DNA of 64,000 bases from Verrucomicrobiaceae bacterium (lineage in GTDB: Bacteria; Pseudomonadota; Gammaproteobacteria; Pseudomonadales; CAMLJR01). The translations under genes were made by a program, and so were the position numbers. The notes beneath the pieces were generated by a model that saw nothing but the letters and a program-made list of their open reading frames with translations, searched no databases and was not told where the DNA came from. Location: assembly GCA_028293825.1 (NCBI GenBank), contig JAQGNY010000010.1:237151-301150 (forward strand), read 5' to 3'. This document shows positions 19,605 through 29,267 of this stretch, piece after piece. Every line of letters begins with the position of its first letter. Positions within the stretch are counted from its first letter, which is position 1.

Positions 19605-20447
19605 ATGAAAGTAGGAGTAAGCGGGGCGAGTGGTCAACTAGGTACGGCCACCATCAAACATCTTTTGGAGCGTTTGCCAGCTAGCGCCATCGTCGGTATT
19701 TCGCGCACGCCGGAAACCGTCGCGAAGCTCGGCGTCGAATCGCGTTTTGGCGATTTCGATAAACCCGAATCGTTGGAAGCAGCGTTCGCGGGGCTCGACA
19801 AAGTGTTGATTATTCCGACTGTCGATTTGCGTCCGGGCGCGCGTCAAATTCAGCACAGCGCTGCAATTGATGCGGCGGTAAAAGCTGGCGTTGGCCACAT
19901 CACATTTGTTTCGGCAGTGGGCACGCGTGCGACCTTGGCAATTTCGGATGGCTATTTCAAACCCGAACAAAATTTAATGCGCACTGCGCCGCAGTGGAGC
20001 ATTTTGCGCATGGCCTATTACATTGAGTCGTTCGCGCAAGAAGCACAGCAATCGCTTGGCCACGGCGTGCTCGCCAGCTTGAGTGCAACCCCGGTTAACT
20101 TCGTGTCACGCGATGACGTTGCCGCAGCAGCAGCAGGCATTCTGGCAACCGACGGTCACAACGGTGCGATTTATAACGCGACCGGTTTGGAGAATTTTTC
20201 CGGTGATCAACGCGCCGCTGCAGTTTCAAAAGCAGCGGGAAAACAATTGCCGTTCGTGCAAGTCACGCGCGAACAATATGCGGGCGGATTAACTCAAGCC
20301 GGCTTGCCCGACTTTATCGTCGATGCGGTATTGGCGATTCAGGATGCATGGGGTGCCGGTGCGTTCGAAGTAATTACCGGCGATGTGGAACGCCTGAGCG
20401 GCAAAAAGCCGCGCACGTTTGCCGATGAGTTAGCCAAAGTATTTTAA
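19605..20447 (+). CDS. NmrA-like/atypical SDR NAD(P)H-binding protein
   Basis: MKVGVSGASGQLG Rossmann motif. GAGG RBS 8 nt upstream of ATG 19605; the ORF-track upstream extension is unlikely. Confidence 0.8.
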   Translation: MKVGVSGASGQLGTATIKHLLERLPASAIVGISRTPETVAKLGVESRFGDFDKPESLEAAFAGLDKVLIIPTVDLRPGARQIQHSAAIDAAVKAGVGHITFVSAVGTRATLAISDGYFKPEQNLMRTAPQWSILRMAYYIESFAQEAQQSLGHGVLASLSATPVNFVSRDDVAAAAAGILATDGHNGAIYNATGLENFSGDQRAAAVSKAAGKQLPFVQVTREQYAGGLTQAGLPDFIVDAVLAIQDAWGAGAFEVITGDVERLSGKKPRTFADELAKVF

Positions 20448-20484
20448 GAAGTGCATTTCGAGTAAGGTGTTTAAATATTGATTT

Positions 20485-20514
20485 ATTCTCGCGTCGTCAT
20501 CGCGACGCGAGAAT
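20485..20514. terminator. Bidirectional hairpin between convergent genes
   Basis: Perfect 12-bp stem ATTCTCGCGTCG / CGACGCGAGAAT with a 6-nt loop, flanked by T/A-rich sequence. Confidence 0.7.
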
Positions 20515-20538
20515 TATTATCTTCAACAGTTTTTATTT

Positions 20539-23500
20539 TCAGCCATTTTTATTTACTGACGCGGTGCGATCGAGTTTGCCCCAGCCGACCGCAGAGCCAT
20601 GCAGCGCGCTCAATACCGATTTCACAATCACGTAATACATGATTTGCCGATAGCCGAAGCGTTGTTGGATTAACCACCACAGCAATTTCCAATCTTCTTT
20701 TTTCTCCAGCGCAAATGCGAGCACACCGGCGCTGACATCGACCAAAGTAAACAAGGCGTAATACGCGCAGGTGATGGTGAGGTTGGTCGTATCGGCCTGG
20801 TTCTTATGCTGCACATAATCGATAACGGCGCTGATGATTTGCCACACCAGTGCGAGATCGACCAGCGGTGAAATCAATCCGAAAATAATTTGAAACAACC
20901 ACACCTGCGGCAATGCCACTAAACCGAGCATGCCGTAGCGCGCGCGAAAAACCACATCGCGGTATTTCCATAAACATTGCAGCGTGCCGAAGCTCCAGCG
21001 AAAGCGCTGCTTGGCCAGGCCTGCAAATGTTTCCGGCGCTTCCGTCCACGCAATGGCCTGATCGTCATAAATAACGCGATAACCTGCGGTTTGAATGCGC
21101 AGCGTTAAATCCTGATCTTCCGCCAGCGTATGTGTAGGAAAACCGCCGACTAAATCCAACGCTTCGCGACGCCATGCGCCGACTGCGCCCGGAACCACGG
21201 TGATGCTATTAATGGCCGCGAGCGCGCGGCGTTCGAGATTTTGCGCCGTGATGTATTCGAGCGCCTGCCAGCGCGTAACGGTATTAATACGGTTGCCGAC
21301 TTTGGCATTGCCGGCGACAGCGCCAACGCGTGCGTCGTCGAACCAGCGCACGAGTTTTGCAATGCAATCGGGCTCGAACTGGGTGTCCGCATCGAGTGCC
21401 ACCACAATCGCACCGGTGGCGAGTTGTAATCCCGCATTGATCGCGCGCGCCTTGCCGCTGTTTTGCAGCGTCAGTAATTGCACGCGTGGATCGTTGCCGA
21501 AAGATTCGCGCACCACAGCGGAAGTGTTATCGCTGGAGCCGTCGTCGATAACGATGACTTCGAGATTGCGATAATCAGATTGCAAAATGTGTTCGATCGA
21601 AGTCGCGATCACTTTGCTTTCGTTAAAGGCCGGAATTAAAACCGATACGCGCGCGGTGCTTTGCGCTGTTGTGGCAAAACTTTCATTGCGACGTTGGCGC
21701 GTGCGTTGCCACAAACCGAGCCCGCATAAAATAATCAGTCGCAAAAATCCCAGGCCGATAGCGAACATAAACAACCAATACAGCGCGTGATTGGCCCATC
21801 CGGTGATGTAAAAAACAATGCGGTCGGCAGTTTGGCCGAACGGCTGACGTTTCACCTTGGGCATCGCCTGCTCGTGGGTGAGGCCGGCCAATTGCGACAC
21901 GGGCACCAACTCGTAACCCTTCGCGCGGATGGCGTCGATCAACACCGGCAATGCTTCAACGGTGTTGGCACGATCGCCGCCGGCGTCGTGCAGTAATACG
22001 ATTTGGCCGCGCGTTTCCGGGTTTGGATCGCTGATTTGCGCCAGCGTGCGCTCGATAATCGTAGCGGCGGGTGGACGTTGCCAATCGTCGGGATCGACGC
22101 GCAAACCGACGGTGATGTAACCCATGTTTTGCGCGTGCTCGACTGGTATCAATTCGTCCGATGTGGTCGGTTCCGCATCGCCGAAATAGGGCGGGCGAAA
22201 AAATCGAATCGAGTGCCCGGTGATGGCTTCGAATAAACGCTGCGTGGCGTTCAATTCGATTGCAGTTAATTCACGCGGACTTTCGCCGAGGTTCGGATGC
22301 GTGAACGTGTGATTACCGACATCGTGGCCTTCATCGAAAATTCGCTGTACCAATTGCGGATTCGCCTGGCCGTTTTCGCCGATGATGAAAAAGCTCGCGT
22401 GTACTTTTTTCTGTTTCAAAATATCGAGAATTTTCGGCGTCCAGGTCGCGTCGGGGCCGTCGTCGAACGTCAATGCAATTTTGCCGGGCAGCGCGCCGAG
22501 ACGGCGAATCACATAGCTCGATGGCAGTGCCACGTAATTTTGTTCGTCGATTAAGCCGCTGTCTTCGTCCGTACCGAAAGTGCGCGCGCCGGCGCTTGGC
22601 AACGCCGCGATGCGCAGAATTTCACCGGTGCCTTCCATGTCGATATCGCTACCCATCGCGATTTGTTGCAGCGCTGCTGGCGCCGGAGCGTCGTAAGGTT
22701 GCCCCAATACCGAAGCAATCGACGGATCTTCCGAGCCCAAACGCCACAGCGCATAACCTGCTGGGCGATAGGTATCGGCGATATGAATTTGATTGAACGC
22801 GGTGACACCATCGAGCAGCCACACCTGATGCACGCTACCGTCGTCTTCTTCGTACGAGTAACGCGGATTCTGCGTAACCGGATCGAACTCGATGGTCGCC
22901 TCCGATTCGCGCGCGGTTAATACCGCTTCCTGAAACGTAATATCTTCCGCGGTTTTTCCCTGCGCCCAGTCGTAACCGTAATTGCCGATACAAATAATCG
23001 TGTGTTGCGGATCGAGCGTGCGCATGCGGCGGTGCAGCACTTTTTTAAACCAATCCTGCGATGCGATGCTGCCGGGCGTGCCTTCTTCCCAGTGCTCGTC
23101 ATACGCCATCAACATGATGTAATCGGTGGTCGCGGTGTACGCGGTGTAATCCCATTCGGCATCGTCGAACGGCGCCGCAATCGCCAGCGTCCAATGATGC
23201 GCGGCAAAACGATTTTTTATTTCGGCGAGAAACGTCAGAAAGTTTTTGTGCGCGGCCGGCGGCACATTTTCAAAATCCAACACCAATCCCTGAAATTGAT
23301 TGTCAGTGAGAAATTTTTCAATTTGCTGCAAACGCGCGGCGCGCAATTGCGGATCGGCAACCAAGCGCGCCAATGCAGCGCCATCCCAATTGCCGTCGCT
23401 GGCGTTTTGCCACATCGGCAAAATCGACGTGTTCGGCTTAGTGCGGCGAATTAAATCCAGCGCGCGTCGATCGATATCGAACTGCAGCGTTAGGTTTGGT

Positions 23501-23955
23501 TCGAGCGAATTAATCCAACCCGGCACCACCCAATCCAGCTGCGGCAACATGCGTTTCAACGACGGGTAACTGCTGTCGTCCCAGTTCACATAGAAGCCAA
23601 TTGCCAGCGGCTTACTGGTCGTGGCCGCGCTCGCGGCAATCGGCGCGGCGGCTTGCGTGATCGGCATTATTTCCGGGCGCGACGAACGCGGTACTCCGCG
23701 CTGATGGGTTTTCACACGCTTGGCGAGTTCGGAAATTTTTTGCAGCGAATGCGCCTGAATGGCTTTCTCGAACGGGATCGCATGTAGTTTTTTATCGCCG
23801 GCAATAATTAATGGCGCCAGCGATTGCACCGACAAAATAGTGGTGACGAAGGCAAACACTACGACCGTGGTGACGATGGCGAAAAACCAAGCCAGCCGCG
23901 ACATGCCGCGCGCGCGTTTACCGGAAGGATCAAAAAAAACGGATTTCTCAAGCAT
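20539..23955 (-). CDS. Fusion protein: TM anchor + GH18-like domain + CE4 (NodB) polysaccharide deacetylase + processive family-2 glycosyltransferase (PgaC/IcaA-like)
   Basis: A single uninterrupted frame (GTG 24003 or ATG 23955). GH18-like: FYVNWDD, LVLDFENV, MLMAYDEHW. CE4: TFDDGPD, HTFTHP, RPPYF, LLHD. GT2: DDGSSD, DADT, AEDQD, QRFRW. TM segments lie at the N-terminus, between CE4 and GT2, and at the C-terminus. Confidence 0.85.
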   Translation of the reverse strand: MLEKSVFFDPSGKRARGMSRLAWFFAIVTTVVVFAFVTTILSVQSLAPLIIAGDKKLHAIPFEKAIQAHSLQKISELAKRVKTHQRGVPRSSRPEIMPITQAAAPIAASAATTSKPLAIGFYVNWDDSSYPSLKRMLPQLDWVVPGWINSLEPNLTLQFDIDRRALDLIRRTKPNTSILPMWQNASDGNWDGAALARLVADPQLRAARLQQIEKFLTDNQFQGLVLDFENVPPAAHKNFLTFLAEIKNRFAAHHWTLAIAAPFDDAEWDYTAYTATTDYIMLMAYDEHWEEGTPGSIASQDWFKKVLHRRMRTLDPQHTIICIGNYGYDWAQGKTAEDITFQEAVLTARESEATIEFDPVTQNPRYSYEEDDGSVHQVWLLDGVTAFNQIHIADTYRPAGYALWRLGSEDPSIASVLGQPYDAPAPAALQQIAMGSDIDMEGTGEILRIAALPSAGARTFGTDEDSGLIDEQNYVALPSSYVIRRLGALPGKIALTFDDGPDATWTPKILDILKQKKVHASFFIIGENGQANPQLVQRIFDEGHDVGNHTFTHPNLGESPRELTAIELNATQRLFEAITGHSIRFFRPPYFGDAEPTTSDELIPVEHAQNMGYITVGLRVDPDDWQRPPAATIIERTLAQISDPNPETRGQIVLLHDAGGDRANTVEALPVLIDAIRAKGYELVPVSQLAGLTHEQAMPKVKRQPFGQTADRIVFYITGWANHALYWLFMFAIGLGFLRLIILCGLGLWQRTRQRRNESFATTAQSTARVSVLIPAFNESKVIATSIEHILQSDYRNLEVIVIDDGSSDNTSAVVRESFGNDPRVQLLTLQNSGKARAINAGLQLATGAIVVALDADTQFEPDCIAKLVRWFDDARVGAVAGNAKVGNRINTVTRWQALEYITAQNLERRALAAINSITVVPGAVGAWRREALDLVGGFPTHTLAEDQDLTLRIQTAGYRVIYDDQAIAWTEAPETFAGLAKQRFRWSFGTLQCLWKYRDVVFRARYGMLGLVALPQVWLFQIIFGLISPLVDLALVWQIISAVIDYVQHKNQADTTNLTITCAYYALFTLVDVSAGVLAFALEKKEDWKLLWWLIQQRFGYRQIMYYVIVKSVLSALHGSAVGWGKLDRTASVNKNG

Positions 23956-24205
23956 ATAAACGGCAATCAATTCTTGAGTGACGGTGAAGGAAATAACTGT
24001 CACCGCAGCGGCACCGCTAGGTCGCGGCGGGGCGCGTGGGCATAAAGCTTAATTGAGGCGCGGAAGTTTACGGGAAAGATTGCGCCTGTAGCCAGAATTA
24101 TGGGACAGGCTGCCTGACAATTCGATTAGTTGGCGGTCAACAATTGCACCCTAGTACGTTGTTGCGCGGCATAAATCGATACTTTGTACTGACTGTTTTT
24201 TGAAA

Positions 24206-24457
24206 TTATTTTTTTGCGGCAGCAGCGGCGTTGTCTTTTTTTCGATTGCTCAATAAGCCCTTAAAGAAAATAAACGGCAGGCGCGCGATGACCTTCCACG
24301 GCATCAATGCCACGGCTTCGGCCATGTCTTCGGGCTTGATATAAACGGCGGTATTCATCGAGCCCATCATTTTGCCTTTCATAACCAAGCTGTCGCCATC
24401 GAGGAAGAAGGATTTAACCTCCATCATTTCGATGCCTTCTTTACTGAGCATTTTCAT
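24206..24457 (-). CDS. Small hypothetical protein (83 aa)
   Basis: The ORF lies 68 nt downstream of the CrtI-like gene on the same strand. No recognisable motif and a weak RBS. Confidence 0.35.
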   Translation of the reverse strand: MKMLSKEGIEMMEVKSFFLDGDSLVMKGKMMGSMNTAVYIKPEDMAEAVALMPWKVIARLPFIFFKGLLSNRKKDNAAAAAKK

Positions 24458-24525
24458 AACGCGAATCTCATACCTGCCAATTATGTAAGGACGCGCTTTA
24501 CCGCGCCCTTGTTTCTATATACCGA

Positions 24526-26109
24526 TTAACCGATAACCTTGTCGAAGTCGAGACCAAAGTCTTCAAATAACACCTGCGCTACGTTGCGTCCCGAACCGCC
24601 GGTCACGCCGCCACCGGGGTGCGTGCTGCCGCCTGCCATATACAGTTTACCGACCGGTGATTTGTATTGGCCGAAACCGGGAACCGGGCGATTGCCACCG
24701 AGTTGCCACGCATACGGACCCATGTGACCGATGTCGCCGCCAACCATCGCTGGATTGCCGCGCTCGATATCGAGCGGTGTGCGCCACGCCATGCCGATAA
24801 TGTTGTCGTCGGTCATGTTGGTGGTGAGCTTGCGCAAATCGTCGACGAAACCCTGCGCCACTTGCTTGCCGATTTCATCCCATTTTTTAGCGCCGCCGTT
24901 TTCCAATTCATACGGCATGAAGGCATATAAATACATCTGACTTTTGCCGGCGGGAACGCGGCTCGGGTCGACTTTATGCTGGCCGATATAACCGACCAAA
25001 TCGCGGCGCGGAATACCATTTTCCTGATCGCGAAACGATTGTTTGAAATCGCTTAAATGCGAGTGCGCCAGTTCGATCCAGAAAAAATCATCGACGCGTG
25101 GGCCGGCTTTATATTTGGGTTCTTCGTACAACGCGAGATGCACGTTCATCGCGCGAATCGTCGCCAGCTTGTTGTTTTTTACGCGGCGCACGAAATGATC
25201 CGGCAAATCGTAGCCGGGCAGCATGTGCGGAAATACTTGCTTGGTGTTGAGCGTCGACACCACGGCTTTCTTCGCCAGAATTTCCTCGCCGGATGTAAGG
25301 ACAACACCGCTCACTTCAGAGCCGTTATGTTTGAATTCTTTGATCGTGCTATTTAATTTAATGACGCCGCCGTGATGCTCCAGGCAGCGCACTAATGAAT
25401 CGGCCAGCGCACCGGAACCGCCGATGGGAATGCCGCCGCCAAATTTGTGCATGAACGGCAGAATGAGATAAAAACCGAAACCGGTGCCGTTATCGAACGG
25501 GTTGGTCATCGATTCCGATGCGTAACGCGCCAATGCAATTTTAATTAAATCGTTTTCGAACCACTCGTCGATTAAATCGAACGCGCTGATCGATTGCGCG
25601 CGCATTAATTCCTGACCGACCGGGCTGCCGTCCATCATCGCGGCTTGCACGCCGGCATTCGGCGGAATGTTGAACATGCCCATCGCCAACATATCGAGGG
25701 TTTGAAACACCTCGTTGCAGAAGCGGCGATAAGCCTGCGCATCGCGCTCCGAAAATTGCGCGATGGACTGACAGGTGCGCTCCATGTCGGTGTAAAACTC
25801 GAGCACACGACCGTCGTCGAAAATCATCGCGGTCATTTTGTCGGGGTTTACATAGCTCAACCCGAACTTCGCCTGCAGTTGCAGTTCGTCGTCGCGAATA
25901 ACCGGGTTGGCTTGAATCATCGAATGCGACACCGAGCATAAATCGCTGTGAAAACCCGGCGCGGCCAGTTCGCTGGTTTTAGTGCCGCCGCCAGCCTTGT
26001 CGCTTTGTTCGACCACGCAAACCTTAATGCCGGCCTTTGCTAAATAACACGCCGCGATCAAACCGTTATGGCCGCCACCGGCGACAACGACTTCGTATTG
26101 TTCCGCCAT
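24526..26109 (-). CDS. FAD/NAD(P)-dependent oxidoreductase, phytoene-desaturase (CrtI)-like family
   Basis: N-terminal dinucleotide fold YEVVVAGGGHNGLIAACYLAKAG...VEQSDKAGGG and C-terminal LYMAGGSTHPGGGVTG. Confidence 0.85.
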   Translation of the reverse strand: MAEQYEVVVAGGGHNGLIAACYLAKAGIKVCVVEQSDKAGGGTKTSELAAPGFHSDLCSVSHSMIQANPVIRDDELQLQAKFGLSYVNPDKMTAMIFDDGRVLEFYTDMERTCQSIAQFSERDAQAYRRFCNEVFQTLDMLAMGMFNIPPNAGVQAAMMDGSPVGQELMRAQSISAFDLIDEWFENDLIKIALARYASESMTNPFDNGTGFGFYLILPFMHKFGGGIPIGGSGALADSLVRCLEHHGGVIKLNSTIKEFKHNGSEVSGVVLTSGEEILAKKAVVSTLNTKQVFPHMLPGYDLPDHFVRRVKNNKLATIRAMNVHLALYEEPKYKAGPRVDDFFWIELAHSHLSDFKQSFRDQENGIPRRDLVGYIGQHKVDPSRVPAGKSQMYLYAFMPYELENGGAKKWDEIGKQVAQGFVDDLRKLTTNMTDDNIIGMAWRTPLDIERGNPAMVGGDIGHMGPYAWQLGGNRPVPGFGQYKSPVGKLYMAGGSTHPGGGVTGGSGRNVAQVLFEDFGLDFDKVIG

Positions 26110-26299
26110 TTTATTTTCTCCTCGACATTCTTATGGAAGGAAACGCAAAGCGATGGAAAGTGATATGAGCAAAACACTTGAGCCATCGCGATGGGTGCGA
26201 AAAGTAGCATCAACCGGCCATCACAACAGCGAACAAAAACACGCTATTCGATAGTTTTCATACTAAGTTGCGCCTCTTGTTCGAGAGCTGCAATTCTTA

Positions 26300-26881
26300 T
26301 TATTGTGCGAGCGGCAAAACGCCATTGAGCCCGCCGCGCGATAGTGCGTTAAACGTCGCGCTCATCTCGTCGGCCGTGTAGGGGAAATCATTGTGTACCC
26401 ACCACGCCAACATGCCGATTAGCGCATTCGATAAAAACTGTACGGCTAATTCGATTTCGCGTTTGTGCTGCGCAGCATCCAAGTGCCCCTGCATCCATTC
26501 GCGAATCTGCACGACCAGCAAATTACGCAAGTGATTGGTGGTAAGACTATTGGCGTCCATATTCAATAACGCGCGTACCATGCGCTTGTGCGTTTGCGCG
26601 CTGTTAAATAATGCAGTGCCGAAAGCGGGGTATTCGCTCGGTGTTTCCTGATGAAGGGCGAATAATTTACCGCCGATGGGCTGCGCCAGATCGCGCTGAA
26701 AACCATCGAGCAGCAAATCGTCCTTGTCGCGAAAATGTGCATAGAAACTTGACCGCGCGACATCCGCACGATCGATAATTTGCTGCACGGTCAATGCGTC
26801 GTAACCCTGTTCGATAATCAACTCGTAAAGCGCGGCGCTAAGTAGTTGACGGGTGCGCGCGATGCGGCGATCGGGTTTCAT
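26300..26881 (-). CDS. TetR-family transcriptional regulator
   Basis: N-terminal HTH YDALTVQQIIDRADVARSSFYAHFRDKDDLL. Confidence 0.9.
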   Translation of the reverse strand: MKPDRRIARTRQLLSAALYELIIEQGYDALTVQQIIDRADVARSSFYAHFRDKDDLLLDGFQRDLAQPIGGKLFALHQETPSEYPAFGTALFNSAQTHKRMVRALLNMDANSLTTNHLRNLLVVQIREWMQGHLDAAQHKREIELAVQFLSNALIGMLAWWVHNDFPYTADEMSATFNALSRGGLNGVLPLAQ

Positions 26882-26889
26882 CGGCTGTC

Positions 26890-26905
26890 CTTTAACGGGT
26901 TAAAG
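26890..26905. promoter_or_regulatory. 16-bp palindrome CTTTAAC-GG-GTTAAAG just upstream of the tetR start (candidate operator or RBS-sequestering hairpin)
   Basis: Perfect 7-bp inverted arms located 9-24 nt upstream of the TetR ATG. One arm overlaps the AAGGA RBS on the minus strand. Confidence 0.35.
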
Positions 26906-27308
26906 CAGAAGTTATTATTAAGGGCTATAGCTTAGGCGTTGCAACAAACGGTGGCCACGGAAATAAAATTACTCCGAGCGCGCCATCCAGCTTAATAGAC
27001 GCGGCGTAATAATTATCTGCGCGTTGGGCGTACTTCTACAGTCGAATATAGAGGATTTGTCTTGGCCGGGCATAGCTATGGCCGACTTTTTAAACTTTAA
27101 CTCTCGGGTATTTAATCAATTCCTAATATTAAATTTATATCTGAACTTTTTTAAAAAAAATGGTGTACCGATTGCCGCGTTATATTTACTCGGCAAGCTC
27201 ATTTTTATGATTAAGTGCCATTTTTTAAGATTACCTATTATTTGAGATGGTAAGCTCGCTGCGAAAATAAATTCCGCAGGTCTCATAAAAACATAACAAG
27301 GAGTAATC

Positions 27309-28097
27309 ATGTCCGCGTTGATTGATTTAAGCAGTCTTTACGATCTTGGTGAAAAAGTAGCGCTCGTTACCGGCGGCGCTGAAGGCATGGGCAAAGAAGT
27401 TTGCCGGTTCTTGGCCAGTGCGGGTGCGACCGTGGCAGTGGCCGATATCAATTTGCCGTGGGCGCAAGATACAGCGCGCGAAATTGTCGAAGCTGGTGGC
27501 AACGCCAGCGCGTATCACGTCGATTTGGCCGCCGAGCAGTCGGTCGTTGATTTACTGCATGCAGTGCGCAAACAGCATGAGCGACTCGATATTTTGGTGA
27601 ATGTCGCCGGCTTGCAAGATCGTGAATTCTTAACGGAAACATCGCTGGCGCTGTGGGATAAATTACACAACGTCAATTTACGCGGGTCATTTTTAACGAT
27701 TCGAGAAGCGGCAAAAATAATGCGCGCCGATGGTCGCGGCGGCCGTATCGTCAATATTTCATCGATGGGTTCGGTGCATCCGATTTTCGAAGGCTTGGTT
27801 GCGTACAACGCATCCAAGGCCGGTGTAAATGGGCTGACGCGCAATGCAGCTTACGAGCTGGCACAGCACGGAATCAACGTGAATGCGATTTTGCCGGGTA
27901 ACACCACCACTGCGGGTCAGGGTCGTACTCCTGGGCCGCCCATCGATATCAGCAAATTAAAAAATCTAACACCGCCGCTGGGGCGCACCGGCAAGGTATC
28001 GGATATTGCCAGCGCAGTGTTATTTTTAGTAGCGCCAGCATCGGAGTGGATTACAGGGCAAACGCTGATCGTCGATGGTGGTCATTTGAATAATTAA
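27309..28097 (+). CDS. Short-chain dehydrogenase/reductase (SDR)
   Basis: TGGAEGMG cofactor motif and catalytic YNASK. AAGGAG RBS. Confidence 0.9.
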   Translation: MSALIDLSSLYDLGEKVALVTGGAEGMGKEVCRFLASAGATVAVADINLPWAQDTAREIVEAGGNASAYHVDLAAEQSVVDLLHAVRKQHERLDILVNVAGLQDREFLTETSLALWDKLHNVNLRGSFLTIREAAKIMRADGRGGRIVNISSMGSVHPIFEGLVAYNASKAGVNGLTRNAAYELAQHGINVNAILPGNTTTAGQGRTPGPPIDISKLKNLTPPLGRTGKVSDIASAVLFLVAPASEWITGQTLIVDGGHLNN

Positions 28098-28160
28098 TGT
28101 TGAGCATAAAACCAGAGTTCTAAAGCAGGCGCGCGTTTCGAGAAATAATTAGCGATTTTA

Positions 28161-28191
28161 AAATCGATGTCGTTTATCGCGACATCGATTT
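28161..28191. terminator. Bidirectional hairpin between convergent SDR and LLM genes
   Basis: Perfect 12-bp stem AAATCGATGTCG / CGACATCGATTT with a 7-nt loop. Confidence 0.65.
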
Positions 28192-28229
28192 ACAGGCGGT
28201 GTTTTTTTAATTAGTTTTTTTCAATGGGC

Positions 28230-29267
28230 TTATTTTTCGGAAGCTTTTCTCGCCGCCGTTTCTTTTCTAACAACGGGTGCTACCTGTGCGGCAAAACGCT
28301 CAATGCCACGCATAACTTCCGTGTGTGGTTGACCGCCGATATCGATCTGACCAAAAAAACGATTCATCCCGAATACTTCGTGTTGCGTTAACAGCTTGTC
28401 GATAACTTCTTGTGCGCTGCCGGCAACCAATGTTCCCTGGGGCGCCAGCATGTGCTCGAATGCTTCGCGCGGCATATCAGCTTTAAACAGCGGTCGCAGA
28501 TACGCGGAATAATATGGATAAAATTGCGTGCGTAGGTGTTCCGAATGCTCCGCGACATGCAGATGTTCAAACGTGGCAACGCGCGCCGCAGTTGGATCGC
28601 GCCCGTTTTCTTGCCACATCTGCCGATATAAATTTATCGAGCGCGCATAATTATTTAAGCTGCCGCCAACCATCGGCACCGCGATCGGAAAGCCCCATGT
28701 AGCAGCGCGTGCAACACTATTTGGCGAAACCGCGCCCATCCATATCGGCAATGATGTCTGCGCCGGCCGTGGTGCTATTTCCGCATTTTGCAGTGCCGAT
28801 CGAAATCGTCCGGACCAGCTCACGCGTTCGTTCTCGTTCAGCTCCGCGAACAGTGCTAACTTTTCGACAAACAGCGCATCGTAATCCTCGAGATCATAGC
28901 CAAACAGCGGAAAGTTATCGGTGAAGGCGCCGCGACCGAAAATAATTTCAACGCGACCATGCGCCACCAAATCGGCCGTCGCGAATTCTTGAAACGTACG
29001 TACCGGATCTGCGGTGCTGATCGATGTCGATGCGCTGGTCAGGCGAATGTGCTGCGTGACGGCGCCAATGGCGGCGAGCATGGTCGCGGTGGCGGAGTTT
29101 ACGTAACGCAGCGAATGGTGTTCGCCGACACCGAACAGGTCGAGGCCGGCATCGTCGGCGAGTTTCGCCGTTTCAAGAATTTGATCCATGCGCTGCTGCG
29201 GTGCAACGGATTTTCCGGTGTGCGGATCTGCAACAATATCGCCGAAGGTATAAATGCCTAGTTCCAT
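28230..29267 (-). CDS. LLM-class (luciferase-like) flavin-dependent oxidoreductase
   Basis: MELGIYTFGD...FGVGEHH...RLTSASTSISTADPVR...EIIFGRGAF is typical of luciferase-like monooxygenase family proteins. Confidence 0.85.
   Translation of the reverse strand: MELGIYTFGDIVADPHTGKSVAPQQRMDQILETAKLADDAGLDLFGVGEHHSLRYVNSATATMLAAIGAVTQHIRLTSASTSISTADPVRTFQEFATADLVAHGRVEIIFGRGAFTDNFPLFGYDLEDYDALFVEKLALFAELNENERVSWSGRFRSALQNAEIAPRPAQTSLPIWMGAVSPNSVARAATWGFPIAVPMVGGSLNNYARSINLYRQMWQENGRDPTAARVATFEHLHVAEHSEHLRTQFYPYYSAYLRPLFKADMPREAFEHMLAPQGTLVAGSAQEVIDKLLTQHEVFGMNRFFGQIDIGGQPHTEVMRGIERFAAQVAPVVRKETAARKASEK

Noticed and set aside
27024-27310. 73-aa (+) and 64-aa (-) ORFs in the tetR/SDR divergent spacer
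   Set aside because: They are mutually overlapping, extremely AT-rich with I/F/K/N-rich translations, and lack an RBS. This is more likely promoter/operator DNA.
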